A model generated the notes under the pieces. The model did not search any database and was not told where the DNA came from. It saw nothing but the letters and a program-made list of their open reading frames with translations. A stretch of 64,000 nucleotides of DNA from Utricularia gibba. Its lineage: Eukaryota > Plantae > Magnoliophyta. The translations under genes were made by a program, and so were the position numbers. Below are positions 47,520 to 60,306 of this stretch, in pieces. How positions within the stretch are numbered: the stretch's first letter is position 1; each line of letters starts with the position of its first letter. Where the stretch lies: NCBI GenBank assembly GCA_002189035.1, contig NEEC01000017.1, positions 1,364,001-1,428,000 of the forward strand, read 5' to 3'.

Positions 47520-47774
47520 TTTGATAATAGGGCATTAGTGTTTAAGTATAATGTAATTGATTATATATAACATTTGACATTCAATAATAGAAATTTGAAT
47601 ATATAAATGATATAAATAGAATTGATCCTCCTATATTTGTATATATGATTCACATATTTAAAAAATGAATACGTAATTGATATAACCATATAAGATTATT
47701 ATACATATACTAATTAATCAATCAATGATTTATATGTAAACTTAGATATAAATTTTATATACTATACTATCAAA
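47520..47774. mobile_element. MITE-like non-autonomous element, copy 2
   Basis: Same TIR pair (TTTGATAATAG / ATACTATCAAA) and internal homology to 28539-28889. Confidence 0.6.
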
Positions 47775-48251
47775 TATTATTTTGATTTTTTATATAATTT
47801 TATAGAATAATTATATATATACATAGCTAATTTATTTTTTAAAATAAAAAATACAATACATGGTAATTAATACAATGATGCATTATTACAATAATAAGAG
47901 TATCTTTAATGATTTCCGGAAATACTTATATGGTTTTCTGGAAATCAATTTTATTTTTACGGAAATGATGAATTTGAATAAATTCTATGCTATGTAAATC
48001 ATTTTGAAAAAGTTACGTTTCCTCATGAAAAAAGGAAAACTCAATAACGTAAACCATGTAATCATTTTCGTAAATCAATAAAGATACTTTAATATTTTAA
48101 TAAAATATTAAAAACTAATATACGATAATAAAAAAAATTTCAATACTCAATTGAAATCGTTTTCTTTCAGAGTAAGTTAATTGTGTTGAAAACCCGAAAT
48201 TTCAATGAAATTTATGCAACTACCAATGATATGGTATGAGGGAAAGGCGAA

Positions 48252-50721
48252 TCACCAGTTGAGACCTCTGTGAACGCAGGTAGGGTTGAAGGGGTAGGGA
48301 GGGTCGATATGCCGGGCGGGGGCGCGGTTGAAGTACCAGTCGCCGACGGATTCTGCGATCGTCTGCCGGAGAAGAAGGAGAAAGAATGTGCTGTAATGCA
48401 GCAGCAGATGGAGAGAGCAGATGATGCAGGAAAAGGAATTCGGTATTCAGCTTACTTTGTTGTTGATCCGGGGAGAGGAGGCAGAGTGCCATGTCTCTGT
48501 TCCCCATGTCTGGCAATGGGCGAAGCATGAGTTCACGAAGACGCCCGCGCCTGGTTTTCTCTGGAACTCGCTCATTCTTCTGAGCAGCGACCGTCTGTAG
48601 TCTACTTGAAAGAGTTTTGAAGAAAGAGGGGAAAAAGTAGGACTGTGGGAATGAGGAGAGAGAATCAGGTAATTACCATGGAGGACTTGTAGCTGATCGG
48701 TGTTGCAGTTCAGAATGTACAGCCTACAACTGCTCCAGCTGCTATCGGAGGAAGAAGGTGGCACGAGGATATTCTCTATCTGGAGAAAGGAACAGAGTCT
48801 AAGAAACAGAAACGAAGGAAAGGTGTGGGATTCAAAACTACCTGCCAAAAATCATAAGCTGGTTGAACGATGAACACGGGAGTTTGGATGTTCTGAATGA
48901 ATTCTTCAGGGAAGAAGCACTTTTGCAGAAATGAACAGCAAACACAACAGTTAGGAAGAGACTAGCCAGAGATAGGATCATTTGTGCAATGTGTATTATC
49001 ATCTGCTCATCTGGTCTATGGAAATCATGATTGAAATGTTTTTAAAATAACTTCTTTAAAACTGTTTCTTGGAGCTGTACCAAACAAATCTGAAGTGTTT
49101 CCTAATCTCAGAACAGGAGAGAATTTCACCTTATGAGGCTCAGTTCTAGCAACACATTCACGGTCCAAGCTTTTGGAAATACCCTGCACCAGATTAGTGA
49201 TGCTGGTCACACAAAAACATAACATTTCTTGAAGAAACATGTAGCCATGCTTTAGAATTTACATGGATGCGCACAACATCACGATAAAAGGATTCTATTG
49301 AGCCATTTCCTGCAATATCTTTCCTGAAAGTCATACAAATCCTCATCTCAGTGTGAGTTCATGAGAGAGAATGATTATTCAAGCAGCCAGGGAAGTGGAA
49401 GTGCATACTCGTTAATGAAAAAGCTTGCATCTGCAAGACACTTGACAGTTGTCGTTTTCGGCAGAAGATCCCGAAAACTATCACAATGTATGAGGGCAGC
49501 CAAACCACCAGCAGAGCATCCTGTAAGAAGGGCCTGTGAAGAAGTATTGGAATGGATATCTGAGTCATAAGAAACGAACACACAAAACAGGGGATGAATT
49601 CCATTGGTGATTGGGATGATATGGATTTATTTACCTGTGTAGCTGTAGACATGCCAATTGACCAGAGCTCTTCCATAACTGCATCCCAGATAAGCTTGCC
49701 TCTGAAGGCTAGTTGTGATCCATACTGAAGAGATACGAAAGAAATAGAATTTATACCAAGTCATTTTACTCCAATCCACTGGGAAGAACTTAAAAAGCTT
49801 CAAGGGGGCTTACTTTCAACTCATTATCAGGATTACTCGAAAACGAGGATCCATCACAATACCGTATTTTGACCTTGTTCCAGTTGAAAAAGTCTGTCAT
49901 AGGCCACAACAGGAAAACCAACTGATAATGGTAGTTTTAGGTGTGTATGAAACATCCTATAGATCTGATCAGCAACACATGCAATGCTATACAGTATACA
50001 CAAAAAAACAGAAGATTTGATCATGTGTAGCATTAAAAATGGATTTATTTTCATACTGAAGCGTGTTAAGTAACAACTGAGAAAAAAAAAAACAATGAAA
50101 GCATCTAAACATATACCTGGATTTTGTTCTGGGTCATGGCTCAAGATTCCGAGAAACCGAAGCTGATGCTCCATGTGGCTTGATGATCCCAGCTTTGTTG
50201 TCTTACGAGCAGAACAAGAAGATATATCACTACACCATCCTCCACCCTATCCAGAATGAAAGCAGGAATTACAGCGAAGGAGACAACAAGAGTTTCCAAT
50301 CTGGATGACAAGCAATGTAGAAAAAAAAGAAGAAAACCTCTACGTGAAGAAGCCACCTATGAGAACCAGAACCAAAGCCACGTTGTAAATGGTAAACAGG
50401 GACGCTTCCATCCAAACAAGCTGCAATGTTTTCCGAATAGAATCAACAAAAGTACGATTACGCCTACGTCGACGGATAGAAAGGATGGTTACCGGCTGAT
50501 TTTTGGCGGGCATTTCCTAAAGGTGAGAAATTTACCCACTGATCGTCATATCCAGAACCAGGGTCCGAATCCCCGGAACTCCTAAATGCACGGAGTGAAA
50601 CCCAGTCTGGAGAGAAGATGAAAAGAAGTGCGAAAACAGTCGCAGCGGCGGCGATAACGACCTGTTGGCGGTTAGATGACCGGCGCCCAACTATCGCGCC
50701 GGAGCAAGGAAGCCTCTGCAT
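48252..50721 (-). CDS. PAE: Pectin acetylesterase (PAE4/5-like, N-terminal membrane anchor; 12 exons)
   Basis: [25 protein letters not shown], catalytic [33 protein letters not shown]. Exons in frame. Confidence 0.95.
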
Positions 50722-51454
50722 TATTGAACTGAAGGTACTGGCTTGTGCAAGTGCATTTGCCAAACTACCTCGAATTCACAGGCAAAGTCAACACCATCCC
50801 AGAATCAAAGTCAACTGAAAGATAACACAAATTGAGGTCACCAGTGGGTTCGATCAAGGAATCGAACCAATACATGGAAAAATCCTTTCAAACAGCAAGT
50901 CCAAGGATACATCCGACGGAGGAATCAACCCAGTGGATTCCTAGTTATTACAGAGAAAATATTTTAGTTTATTATGAAAAAATATATTTTTTTTATCTTC
51001 GAAAGCCACCAACGGTCTAACCAGTCAGAATTCACCACCTCGAAGTGGCATGCAGCCTCCTCAAGCTCCGCCCTTCTTCAGGGCTTCCGTCTTCCCTTCA
51101 TTTAGCTTCTCTGGTATTTTGGTGACTTTCTGGTATTTGGGAGCTTAGTTCACCAAGCAGGTTAATGGCTGATTTCTTCTTATTCTCCTTCTCATGATTC
51201 GTAAGCTGTGTTGTGCTGTGCAGCTCAGTTTCATACATGCTTAGTTTCTCTTACTAAGAAGGATGCTTGCTCTGGCGTGAGTAAAAGGTAAGGAGAATGT
51301 GTAAGCTGCTGCCTTGGGCGCTGTAAGCTTGTAAGTATCGATTGAAAAGTAATTCATTTCTCAACTAAAAACTACAGCCACAGTGCCTTCATGAAGTACA
51401 TCAAAGTTTCCTTGAGAACAAGAAGGCAGAACTCTTTAAGGAAAATCCTTTAAA

Positions 51455-53014
51455 CTACCCAAACAGATCATCATCATCTTCATTGCTGTTGTTGTCTGGA
51501 CGCCTCGGGGATTTATCATGTTCACTCCCAGAAGCAGCAGTATTTGGTGCAGGAGCTACTTCACTGTAAGCCCAAGATGACCCCACATTGAAAGTTTCTC
51601 CATAAAGGTCATCGTAGATTCCCCCTCCTCCCCCACTACTCTTAGCTCCAGATTTCACTTGGTTTAAAACCTGTCGGAGTTTCTCTGTAACACCTCCTGT
51701 CTTGGGACTGCCACGTTCCCCGGCTGAATCTGATGGATCCTTCCCTTTTGGAATCACTGTAATCTGAACAAGGGACTCATATTTTCCAACAAGACTTCCT
51801 TCTTTCACTCCAACAGGACCTGGTTCTGTCCCAACATCGGCTCCATCAGAGAACCCAACAACCTCGACCAGCTCTCCTCCAAACTGATCTTTAAATGACA
51901 CTCTTCCTTTCCTCACTCTCTTTGATGCTCTTGACGTGGTATCCACCTTTGTAGCATCCGATAGTTGGTTTGGTCTTTTATGTCCATTGAGAACTCGGTT
52001 GATATAGGTATTGTAAGCCACAACTGCTTCTTCATCAGAGGGATCTGGAGGAGGTGGCAGACTGATATCAGTAGGCTGGAGTGATGGTCGGAATGGATCT
52101 ACGTTGTTCTTCCTCAAAATATAAGTTCTAGTAGAGGCAGCAAATTTCAATGATTGTCCAACTTCTAGCTCTACAGGCGTATCCTTGGTCATTCGTTCAT
52201 TTGCAACAAATGTTCCATGTACAGACCCTAAATCGATCACGTATATGCTGTAAGAAAACACCCCCAGTTAGATCTGTTTTGCAATGCACGTCCGCTGAAC
52301 TAAAATCCAGTAAGCATGATGCAGCATCAAGAAAGCAAGCACATTTGATCATCAGCCAATGCTGGAGAAGGGGAGTGAGTAAATGAAAACACAGCAATCT
52401 CTCCCGCTGTATCGGCAAAGAAATGATCTTTTGAAAGAAATACAAAGCATTTACTAGTAACTCAATGCATATGAAATCAGCAAGAGGCACACAGAAATAT
52501 AGAAATCTTGAGAAGGAGGAATTTGTGTAAAGGAAGTTCAAGTTGTACCCTCCATTCTTGTGAGGAACAACAGCAGCGTGTTGGCGTGAGACAGACTGAT
52601 GCTCAAGAACAAAATCACAAGTCTGCAATTGCCTTCCAAATATATGTCTACGTTTATCCAAATTAATGCGGCCAAGAACTTCGCCTTCCTTCATAACATC
52701 AAGATAATAAAAACCAGGTAGGGGCTCAATAGCCCAATCAGGAGCCTGCCAAGTAGACTGCCCCCACCGACCTGGCTTACCTGCTGAGCTGATGCAACGG
52801 TTGCTGTATCCAGCTCTAAAGCATTTTGTAACTTGCTCTGGTGCTCCAAATGCTGGTTCTGAGGATAACTTACACGGTTTTGACTGACCAAAGAAGTATC
52901 AGACTCTGAGATTGTAGGGTGGCTGGTTGATCTAGCAGATGATTTAGTTGTGACCGCAAAAGGCTCTGAAGACTGAGCCTTTTTGAAACGATCAAGCCCC
53001 GCTCTTCCATACAT
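51455..53014 (-). CDS. FHA/SMAD-domain protein (NIPP1/PPP1R8-like); -1 frameshift in run 52761-52765 as written
   Basis: MYGRAGLDRFKKAQ start, FHA motifs FGRQ, HQSVSRQHAAV, YVIDLGSVHGTFV, RVSF PP1-docking motif, and end EDDDDLFG. One extra G restores GGGQSTWQAPDWAIEP. Confidence 0.9.
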
Positions 53015-53513
53015 TGCTAAACCCCAATACTTCTCAAATCCCAGTGAGACACATACGCTAAAATTCACCACTCATACACGTGATTTAGCTGAAGACAGAA
53101 AGATCTGCTAAAAGGCCTGGAACAATGCCCAACTCATACATTACATACTACGCGACATCTCCAGCAAACAGAAGAAAACAAACGAAAGTGAAGTATTTGA
53201 ACTCATGGGCCAACTCAGACACCAAAGAGCATGAGCTGGGTGGGCGTCTCCAATATATCTCTACTTAAACACAAACATTTCGAAATAAAAATTAATCACT
53301 TAACTACAGACAAAAGAATCCGACACGATTCTGTACAGCAACCAGGAGCAAAATCCAGCGAATCATATACAAGCGAATAACCCAGACAACGGATCTTAAT
53401 CAAGCTAACGAAGCCGCAAAAAACTCCTCCAAAAACCAGAAAAGGCGACCTTAGGGGTCACTGATTTGCTCGGAAAACCAGAAGACGACGAACGGGATCC
53501 CCTTACGAAAAAA

Positions 53514-53594
53514 AGCCCAACTCTATTGGGCTGTAATTATAATTATTGAGCCTATAGTGTTATTTTATCAGCCCAACAATCACATCCAGCCCAA
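53514..53594. promoter_or_regulatory. Site II (TGGGCY/RGCCCA) cluster in a divergent promoter
   Basis: AGCCCAA at 53514, 53570 and 53588, and TTGGGCT at 53526. Confidence 0.6.
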
Positions 53595-54471
53595 CACAAT
53601 TTGCTTTTTATTTTTGAGAAAAAGAATAATATTTCATTTTCATTAAGCATTTTAAATAATTTTATGGTAAACAAATTAAAATTGGTCGGAGCAAAGATAT
53701 GGTTATCGTCGTCTCCTCTCCCCGCAACTCCCCGACGACCTCATGAACGACACATTCCTCTGACAACTCGATGGAAAACACACTGCTCTATATGTTTTCC
53801 TCCTTTGTCGCCTACAGAAAGGAGTACTGACTGTCCGTACTCGTATCCTTCTCTTCAGATTTCGGGTTCATCGCTCCAATCCGGGACGCCGTCGAAGGGG
53901 GGTAAAGAGAACAAGAAATGAAAATCCTGAACTGGGTGATGGTCGGAGAACCCATCTTCACACACAATCCGCTACTAATGCATTCGGCTTTCGCTTTCAT
54001 TATTCGAGACAATGCTCATGACCCCAACTCGATTTACCAGTACAAGAACGAATCTTTATTGTGCCGGGGACTTATCATTTTTGGAAATCGAAGGTTGGGG
54101 ACCTTCTCCCGCATCTGATGCCTTTTTCCATCGTTTCCTATCCGTTCTTCATCTGGTCCCTTGGATTACTATTTCCTACGAACTGATTGTATGGCATGGT
54201 TTGGATTGTGAACCACTTTAAGAAGCAGAGGATTACAGCACCAACTTGTGTAAAGTATTGGACTCGGAGGATCCAATTTCCTACAAGAAAGCAACCGTCG
54301 TTTGCTTTTTTTGCAGAAATCCGCGCATGTGTTATGAAGAGCTGATGCAATACGCAGCTACTATCGTACATGTTTCTTGCCTGGATATAAGCTCCAAATT
54401 ACCACACCGACCAATTTCTCCCTTAAAACTTTGGTTTGAACTGAAAACCCAATAGCCCATCTCTTAGTCTG

Positions 54472-56652
54472 ATGCTGTCCTTGAGATATTTTTCTCGATT
54501 GTGCTCACTGCGTTTCAATTGTTCAGACCCACTTTTGTTCGGTCGCAAGAAACCAACTTTGGAAGCTACGAGGTCACCAAAAGGTTCGCATTTTTGTTAT
54601 TTTTTTTAAGGAATTTCAAGTTATTGGGAAAGGTTGATTTCTTGGAGATTTCAGGGGGGTTGAGACAAGGTAAGGTTAGGTTTTTGTCAAGCATCGGAGC
54701 GTCAATGAGTTCTTCTACGTCGCCGGTCTTGTCGGAAAATCAAATTGATCAGGTTGACTGGATTTTGGAAGGCAGAAACGACGACCATGAAGGGGTTATA
54801 GTGGAACTGAGCCCCGAGTCAATGGATCCTCAAGTTTTTTCTTCGTTGCTGAAAGCCTCCATCTCTCAATGGCGACAACAGGTTTTCGTTTTACGGAATT
54901 GGGTTTTTAGCTTGGGCAGTATCTGTGTTTCCCTTCTTCTTAATCTGCAAAAAGAAAGGGCCAACTTTTTCTTCTTGCGAGTAATCTTTAAGGCATATGT
55001 TCTAAGCCTGAATCGAGACAACAAATCTTTAATGTCTCCATTCTGCTGAATCAATTGTTCCAAACAGAAGCCGATGATGCGTATATTTTCTCAAAATGTT
55101 AGGTAAACAAAGACATATCCATCTGATATTTTTAGAGAAACAAAGTGTGTTTGGAATCAAATTGGATGGAAACTGAACTGGGGTCATCTGTGAAAAGTTT
55201 GTGGATATTGTTGCAGGGAAAGAGAGGGATATGGATTAAAATCCCAATCGAGTCAGTGAATCTTGTTGAGCCTGCAGTCAAGGTTACTATCATCCCTTTC
55301 GTCCTTTTGATGACCAAACGCCTTCTGTTTTTACTTGCCACTTATGATAATGAAGAACAACGCATGTTTCAGGAAGGATTTTATTTTCACCATGCAGAGC
55401 CTAAGTATTTGATGCTTGTACATTGGCTTTGTACATCAGAAAATACCCTCCCAGCCAATGCCTCTCATCGAGTTGGTGTTGGTGCATTTGTCTTGAATGA
55501 CAAGAATGAAGTATACTCTCTCATCTTGAAAATATGGAAATTTCTAAGCAACCATGTTACCATTTTTTTTTTTTTTTTGATAACTGTCTGCTATTACTTG
55601 AAAAACAAAGAACAATTATGAGGATACTGCTTTGGTCAGCTGATTTAGAGACAAGCTATTGTGGCTCAATTGTAGACGTTTGTTGCCTATAGATGCAACC
55701 TAAAGTTATATATTGTTTTTATGCATATCACAATGTTGCAGGTGCTGGTCGTGCAGGAAAAAAATGGTAGACTCCGTGGATCTGGTGTATGGAAATTCCC
55801 CACAGGAGTTGCAGAAGAGGTTGGAGAAACTACTTCTCAAAACTTTTCAACGATTTACTTTAGAAAGAATCCATTTCTTTGTGAAATAATAGTTTTCAGC
55901 CAAGGAACTTTGCATTTGTTAATGAAATCTGCCGTTTTAGGGTGAAGACATTTGCAATGCTGCAGTCAGAGAAGTGAAAGAAGAAACCGGGGTAAGAATA
56001 AGTGTTCTGCATTTTGTTGTGTGTGTCAGTTGTCCAGCTAACCAACTGTTTTCATCATCCGTTTTACACCTTGGTTGCAGATTGATTCAAAGTTCTTGGA
56101 AATACTAGCGTTCAGGTAATCCCTCCTAAATCATGCCATAATGATTCACAAGCCACAAGGCCATTATCTTTTCTTCTCTAACTGATAAGTTATTGCATGC
56201 ATATTGTTTCATGAAATCTGCTAAAATGGGGTGATTTGCAGACAAAGTCACAAGGCATTCTTCGAGAAGTCTGATTTATTCTTCGTCTGCCTGCTGGAAC
56301 CCCTCTCCTATGACATTCAGCCTCAGGAAAATGAAATAGAGGCAGCCCAGGTTTCTTTCTGTATTCCTTGTCTCTTTGTCTCCCATGGCACAAATGCTTT
56401 TGCTGACATCTTGGTGTTGCTTTTGCTTCTTGTGGCGTTATGCAGTGGATGCCGTATGAAGTATATGCAGCCCAACCATTCATACAAAACAGCCAACTTC
56501 TCAAACAGATTTCTCACATCTGTGAAGCAAAGAAAAACAACAGGTACTCAGGCTTCACACCAGTTTCAACTTACTCTGCTTTTGAGAAAAAGAAAGGTTA
56601 TTTGTACATGTCCAGTAAAACAGTCGAGCAGTTGCAGTCATCTGACTCCTGA
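54472..56652 (+). CDS. NUDT: Nudix hydrolase, NUDT2/10 (ADP-ribose/NADH pyrophosphatase) type, with a probable transit-peptide exon
   Basis: DDHEGVIVEL, GKRGIWIKIP, FHHAEPKYLML, LPANASHRVGVGAFV and Nudix box GVAEEGEDICNAAVREVKEETG. An upstream ATG at 54472 splices in frame; a second ATG is at 54705. Confidence 0.92.
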
Positions 56653-58249
56653 ACTCGAACTGAAAAATCTGAACTTAAAAGTCATTTGAACTGGAACTGC
56701 CGTGCTATCCTATCAGTTCCAACATTTTCTGTACACCCTTGCATTTAAATCAAGCATAGAGGACCATCCAAATAGAGTGTAATGGCAGCTTATCTTGTCT
56801 TAAGGAAACACCCAAAGCATTTATTTCTTCTAGACACCATTTTAGAAGGTATATTACAGCTTGAGGAGGTTCTTTGTTCCCCTGCATTCATCATTAACAA
56901 AATGTCAGAATGAAGTTCCTGCAAGAATCCTGGTTCATATGGAGTTTCTGAATAAGATTCTCTTGCCATTACTTGTCTTGATCATCCTCAAAGATCCTGC
57001 AGCAAAATGATATGATCCTTGGGAGGTCACACCACCAGGGAGGAGATGGTGAAATGGAGAATGCATAAGCTCTCACACTGCAGAGTTCATTGAGCATGCT
57101 TCTCCACGTACAACCATTTTTGTCACGTGTTTTTGATGCATGCTGTTTTTTTTTTACCACGGTAAAAAAATATATATCTTGCCAAAGTGTTTATGATGCG
57201 TCAAAATAAAGGAAAAAATCCCAATGATGAGCTACCACAGTTTCATGGTAAAAAGCGTCCATTTCAATAAATACCATTAAATGATATTTGGAGGGGGCCG
57301 CTCCCCCACCCCCACCACCCCCACTTTCAATTTAATATTTTTTTTATTGGAACCTTTTTTTATAAAATTAATGTGTGTCACGGATTCTATCCCCCCCCCC
57401 CTCACATAATGATATTACAAAATCAATTCTTATTTTAATAATTTATTATAGTATGTAAATGTATAATTATACCTATATTTTTTTAAACGGTTACAATCCT
57501 TCTTCTTTTCAAAATACTTTTTTGGATTAAAAAAAACTTATACACCTCCAATTTTTATTTTATAAAAAACATTGTTTAATTTTTTGTTTCAAATTATCCT
57601 TATAATAAAATTTAATATCAAATTGGATTACCGTCACAACAAGTCATTATTCACAATACCAAATTTCGGACCTATGTGATGTAGTTGGATGGAATAGCGA
57701 CGAATTAGTGTGCATGTTTGTTGATCAATTGTCTTTTTCATGTAATCCTAATTGTCATTGTTGAAAGAATCTTTTCATTTTCAAACCTCAAATAATGTAT
57801 GAGACTTACATTCTCATTATACAATATTGTTCGTTTCAAACATCAAATTTTTACGATTTTATTTTTTTAGAAAAATATTTTATACAAAATTAAAAATATA
57901 TTTCTATTTAAAACCATACTTTCTTTGTTGATAACTTCCTATGTATAATCAATATGAGATATTGTCAAGATATTTAATTTTACATTTTATCTTTCTTAGA
58001 TATTCAACATCCTAATTGAGTTCCCTTATACCATCATTAATATATATTCAATTTTGATAGTTTGGTTATGATACCAAATATCATGATTTATATTTTTCTT
58101 GTACGATATTATTTGGTTAGAATACTTAATTTTGATAGTTTTAGGTTTTTACTTTATAGGAAAAAATGCTCGGATGAAATTATGAGGTTTCATCTATTTA
58201 AGTAAGTTTAATCATTTTACTTTTTCATCTGTAGATTGTAATCAATATC

Positions 58250-58275
58250 TATATATATATATATATATATATATA
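58250..58275. repeat. (TA)n microsatellite
   Basis: Direct reading. Confidence 0.95.
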
Positions 58276-58648
58276 ATGTAACCTAAGTAACTTAATAACA
58301 TTTCTTTTCTTCAAACAATGATATTTATTTTTTCAAATAATTTAAAATAACTTAAAATTTTGAATACTATTTAATTTAAATCTATAATGAAAAAGTTGGT
58401 ATGGATGGCATGTCCCACGCCTAGTAAAGTTGTGACACGACTAATAATTTCTATGCCGACTTTTCTTCTGATCTTGGTAGGATGAGTACATCCGTAAAAT
58501 AAAATAATATTAATCAAATCGGGGGAGGAAAAAAAAGGGGGGCTCAAATTCAATTGACAGGTGGATATAGATATGGGGGAAGTTTCTGGATTACACACGC
58601 ATCTCCCTGTTGTTTTCTTTCTGATTTCAGCTACTCCTTTAGCCTTCA

Positions 58649-59527
58649 ATGGCGGTCGAGAAAGTAGGTTTTATGTTTTTTTTTTTTTTCCTTGAGTTCC
58701 TTTTTGGAATTTTGATTTGTGGTTTGATGATTTGAATATGTTTTCCCAGGTGACGCCTATGCTGCTGACTGTGGATCTGCAGTGCCCTGCTTGCTACAGG
58801 AAGATCAAGAAGACGCTCTGCAAACTTCCCGGTGAGTGAGTTGCGCCGTCTGTTGTGTTTTCCGGTTTGCTGGGTGGAGGAGTTTGGTTAAGCTGGTGAT
58901 GTTCCTTGTCTTCCTTCCTGTGGGGACAGAGGTTCGAGATCAGGTCTACAATGAGAAGACCAACACTGTGGCGATCACGGTGATCACTTGCTGCCCGGAG
59001 AGAGTGCGGGATCGATTGTATGGGAAGGCCGGGAAGGTGATCAAGGAAATTAAAATTGTGGAGCACAAGAAGCCGGAGAAGGGGAAGCCGGGGGCGGAGC
59101 AGGAGAAGAAGGAGAAGGAGAAGGATTCCGGGGCGGAGAAACCCAAGGAAGACAAACCCAAAGAAGATAAACCCAAGGAAGGCAAACCCAAAGAAGAGAA
59201 ACCCAAGGAAAAGGAGAAGGATAAAGAGGAAAGTGAGAAACCGAAGGATGCACCAGCGGACGGAGTGCCGTCGGTGCTGCCGTACATGGCCCCCACCTAC
59301 GACGGCTACCGCGGCATGCCGTCTTATCTCGGATACGGGTTTCCCCGCCGCCGCCGCAGCCGATTTACGAAGGCTACTCGTATTACCCCGCGCCGGAGAC
59401 AGGATACTATCATGCTCCGGGTCCGAACATGTACGGCTACAGACCCGTTTATAACAACGGGTTTGCCCCGTTCGACAGAAACTTTAGTGAAGAAGAGAAT
59501 TCCGGCGGCGGTTGCTCCATCATGTAA
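58649..59527 (+). CDS. HIPP: Heavy-metal-associated isoprenylated protein, Pi21-like; -1 frameshift in C-run 59343-59346 as written
   Basis: MAVEK|VTPMLLTVDLQCPACYRKIKKTLCKLP|EVRDQVYNEKTNTV..TCCPE, then KPKE repeats. One extra C gives a PPPPQPIYEGY...NFSEEENSGGGCSIM* CaaX end. Confidence 0.9.
59139..59213 (+). repeat. Coding minisatellite, 5 x 15 bp (KPKE[D/G/E/K])
   Basis: AAACCCAA(G/A)GAA+3 nt repeated five times. Confidence 0.9.
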
Positions 59528-59749
59528 AAAATGGCTGCGAGCTCAAATCCCCATCATCAATAATCAGTCGCCGGATCGCGACTTATTCCCTTCTTGCCTT
59601 ATCATTATCGTTTCCGTATCTCCCGGGTCCGCCCGCCCCGCCCCGAAGCACGTTTCCCCGTGTCGGAATCTGACACAACTCTTGTGCTCCGGAGCAGTGT
59701 CCAGGAATCGGATTCGCCTAATAACATACTACTGCTGACCCCCAAATTC

Positions 59750-59752
<3 letters not shown>

Positions 59753-59787
<35 letters not shown>
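59753..59787. repeat. (TA)n microsatellite
   Basis: Direct reading. Confidence 0.95.
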
Positions 59788-59793
<6 letters not shown>

Positions 59794-60306
59794 TACACAT
59801 ATACGAGTTAATTCGAAGCCAATTCAAGTAAAAAAATATTTGATTCGACTCGTACTCGTTACGTATGAGTCAACCCACAAGTTATTCGTGTTAACTTGTA
59901 ATCTTGTCGAGGGTTATCTATAATTTAGGGTTTAGGGTTTAGATTCATCTATAGTTTATAAATACATATAATAATTTTGATTTGGAATGCCAATACTTTT
60001 AATTATTTATTCAAAAATTATATTTATTGTAAAAGTTAATACATTATTGGGCTGGTGATGGTGATGGGCTGGGTATGCAGCCCAATCTTTGAGGGTGTTA
60101 CTGGTCCAGTTCCCAGGTGGGATTCAATTTGATGGGCTCGGCAGGAGGAAATGATGCGAACCGCGACGGGGAAAGAAATCGATGGATGACTGGAGCTTCA
60201 CCTTTTGGAATGGTCACATTCTGCAAGCTCTGTGAATTTAGTTTACAGCACATATTGCTAGGGAGCCGTCCTTGTTTCCTATATCGGAGCTTCGTCGCCG
60301 GTGAAA

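Noticed and set aside
50848-50870. GGTTCGATTCC T-loop-like motif (minus strand)
   Set aside because: Part of a short palindrome; no cloverleaf, D-arm or anticodon arm. No tRNA was found in the window.
50898-50908. GTATCCTT U12-type donor-like motif in the PAE leader (minus strand)
   Set aside because: No correctly spaced branch point and acceptor.
57055-57106. Small hairpin whose minus arm starts TGGAGAAGCA like miR164
   Set aside because: Only about 14/21 identity, with large bulges and a short stem. It does not meet precursor or target-mimic criteria.
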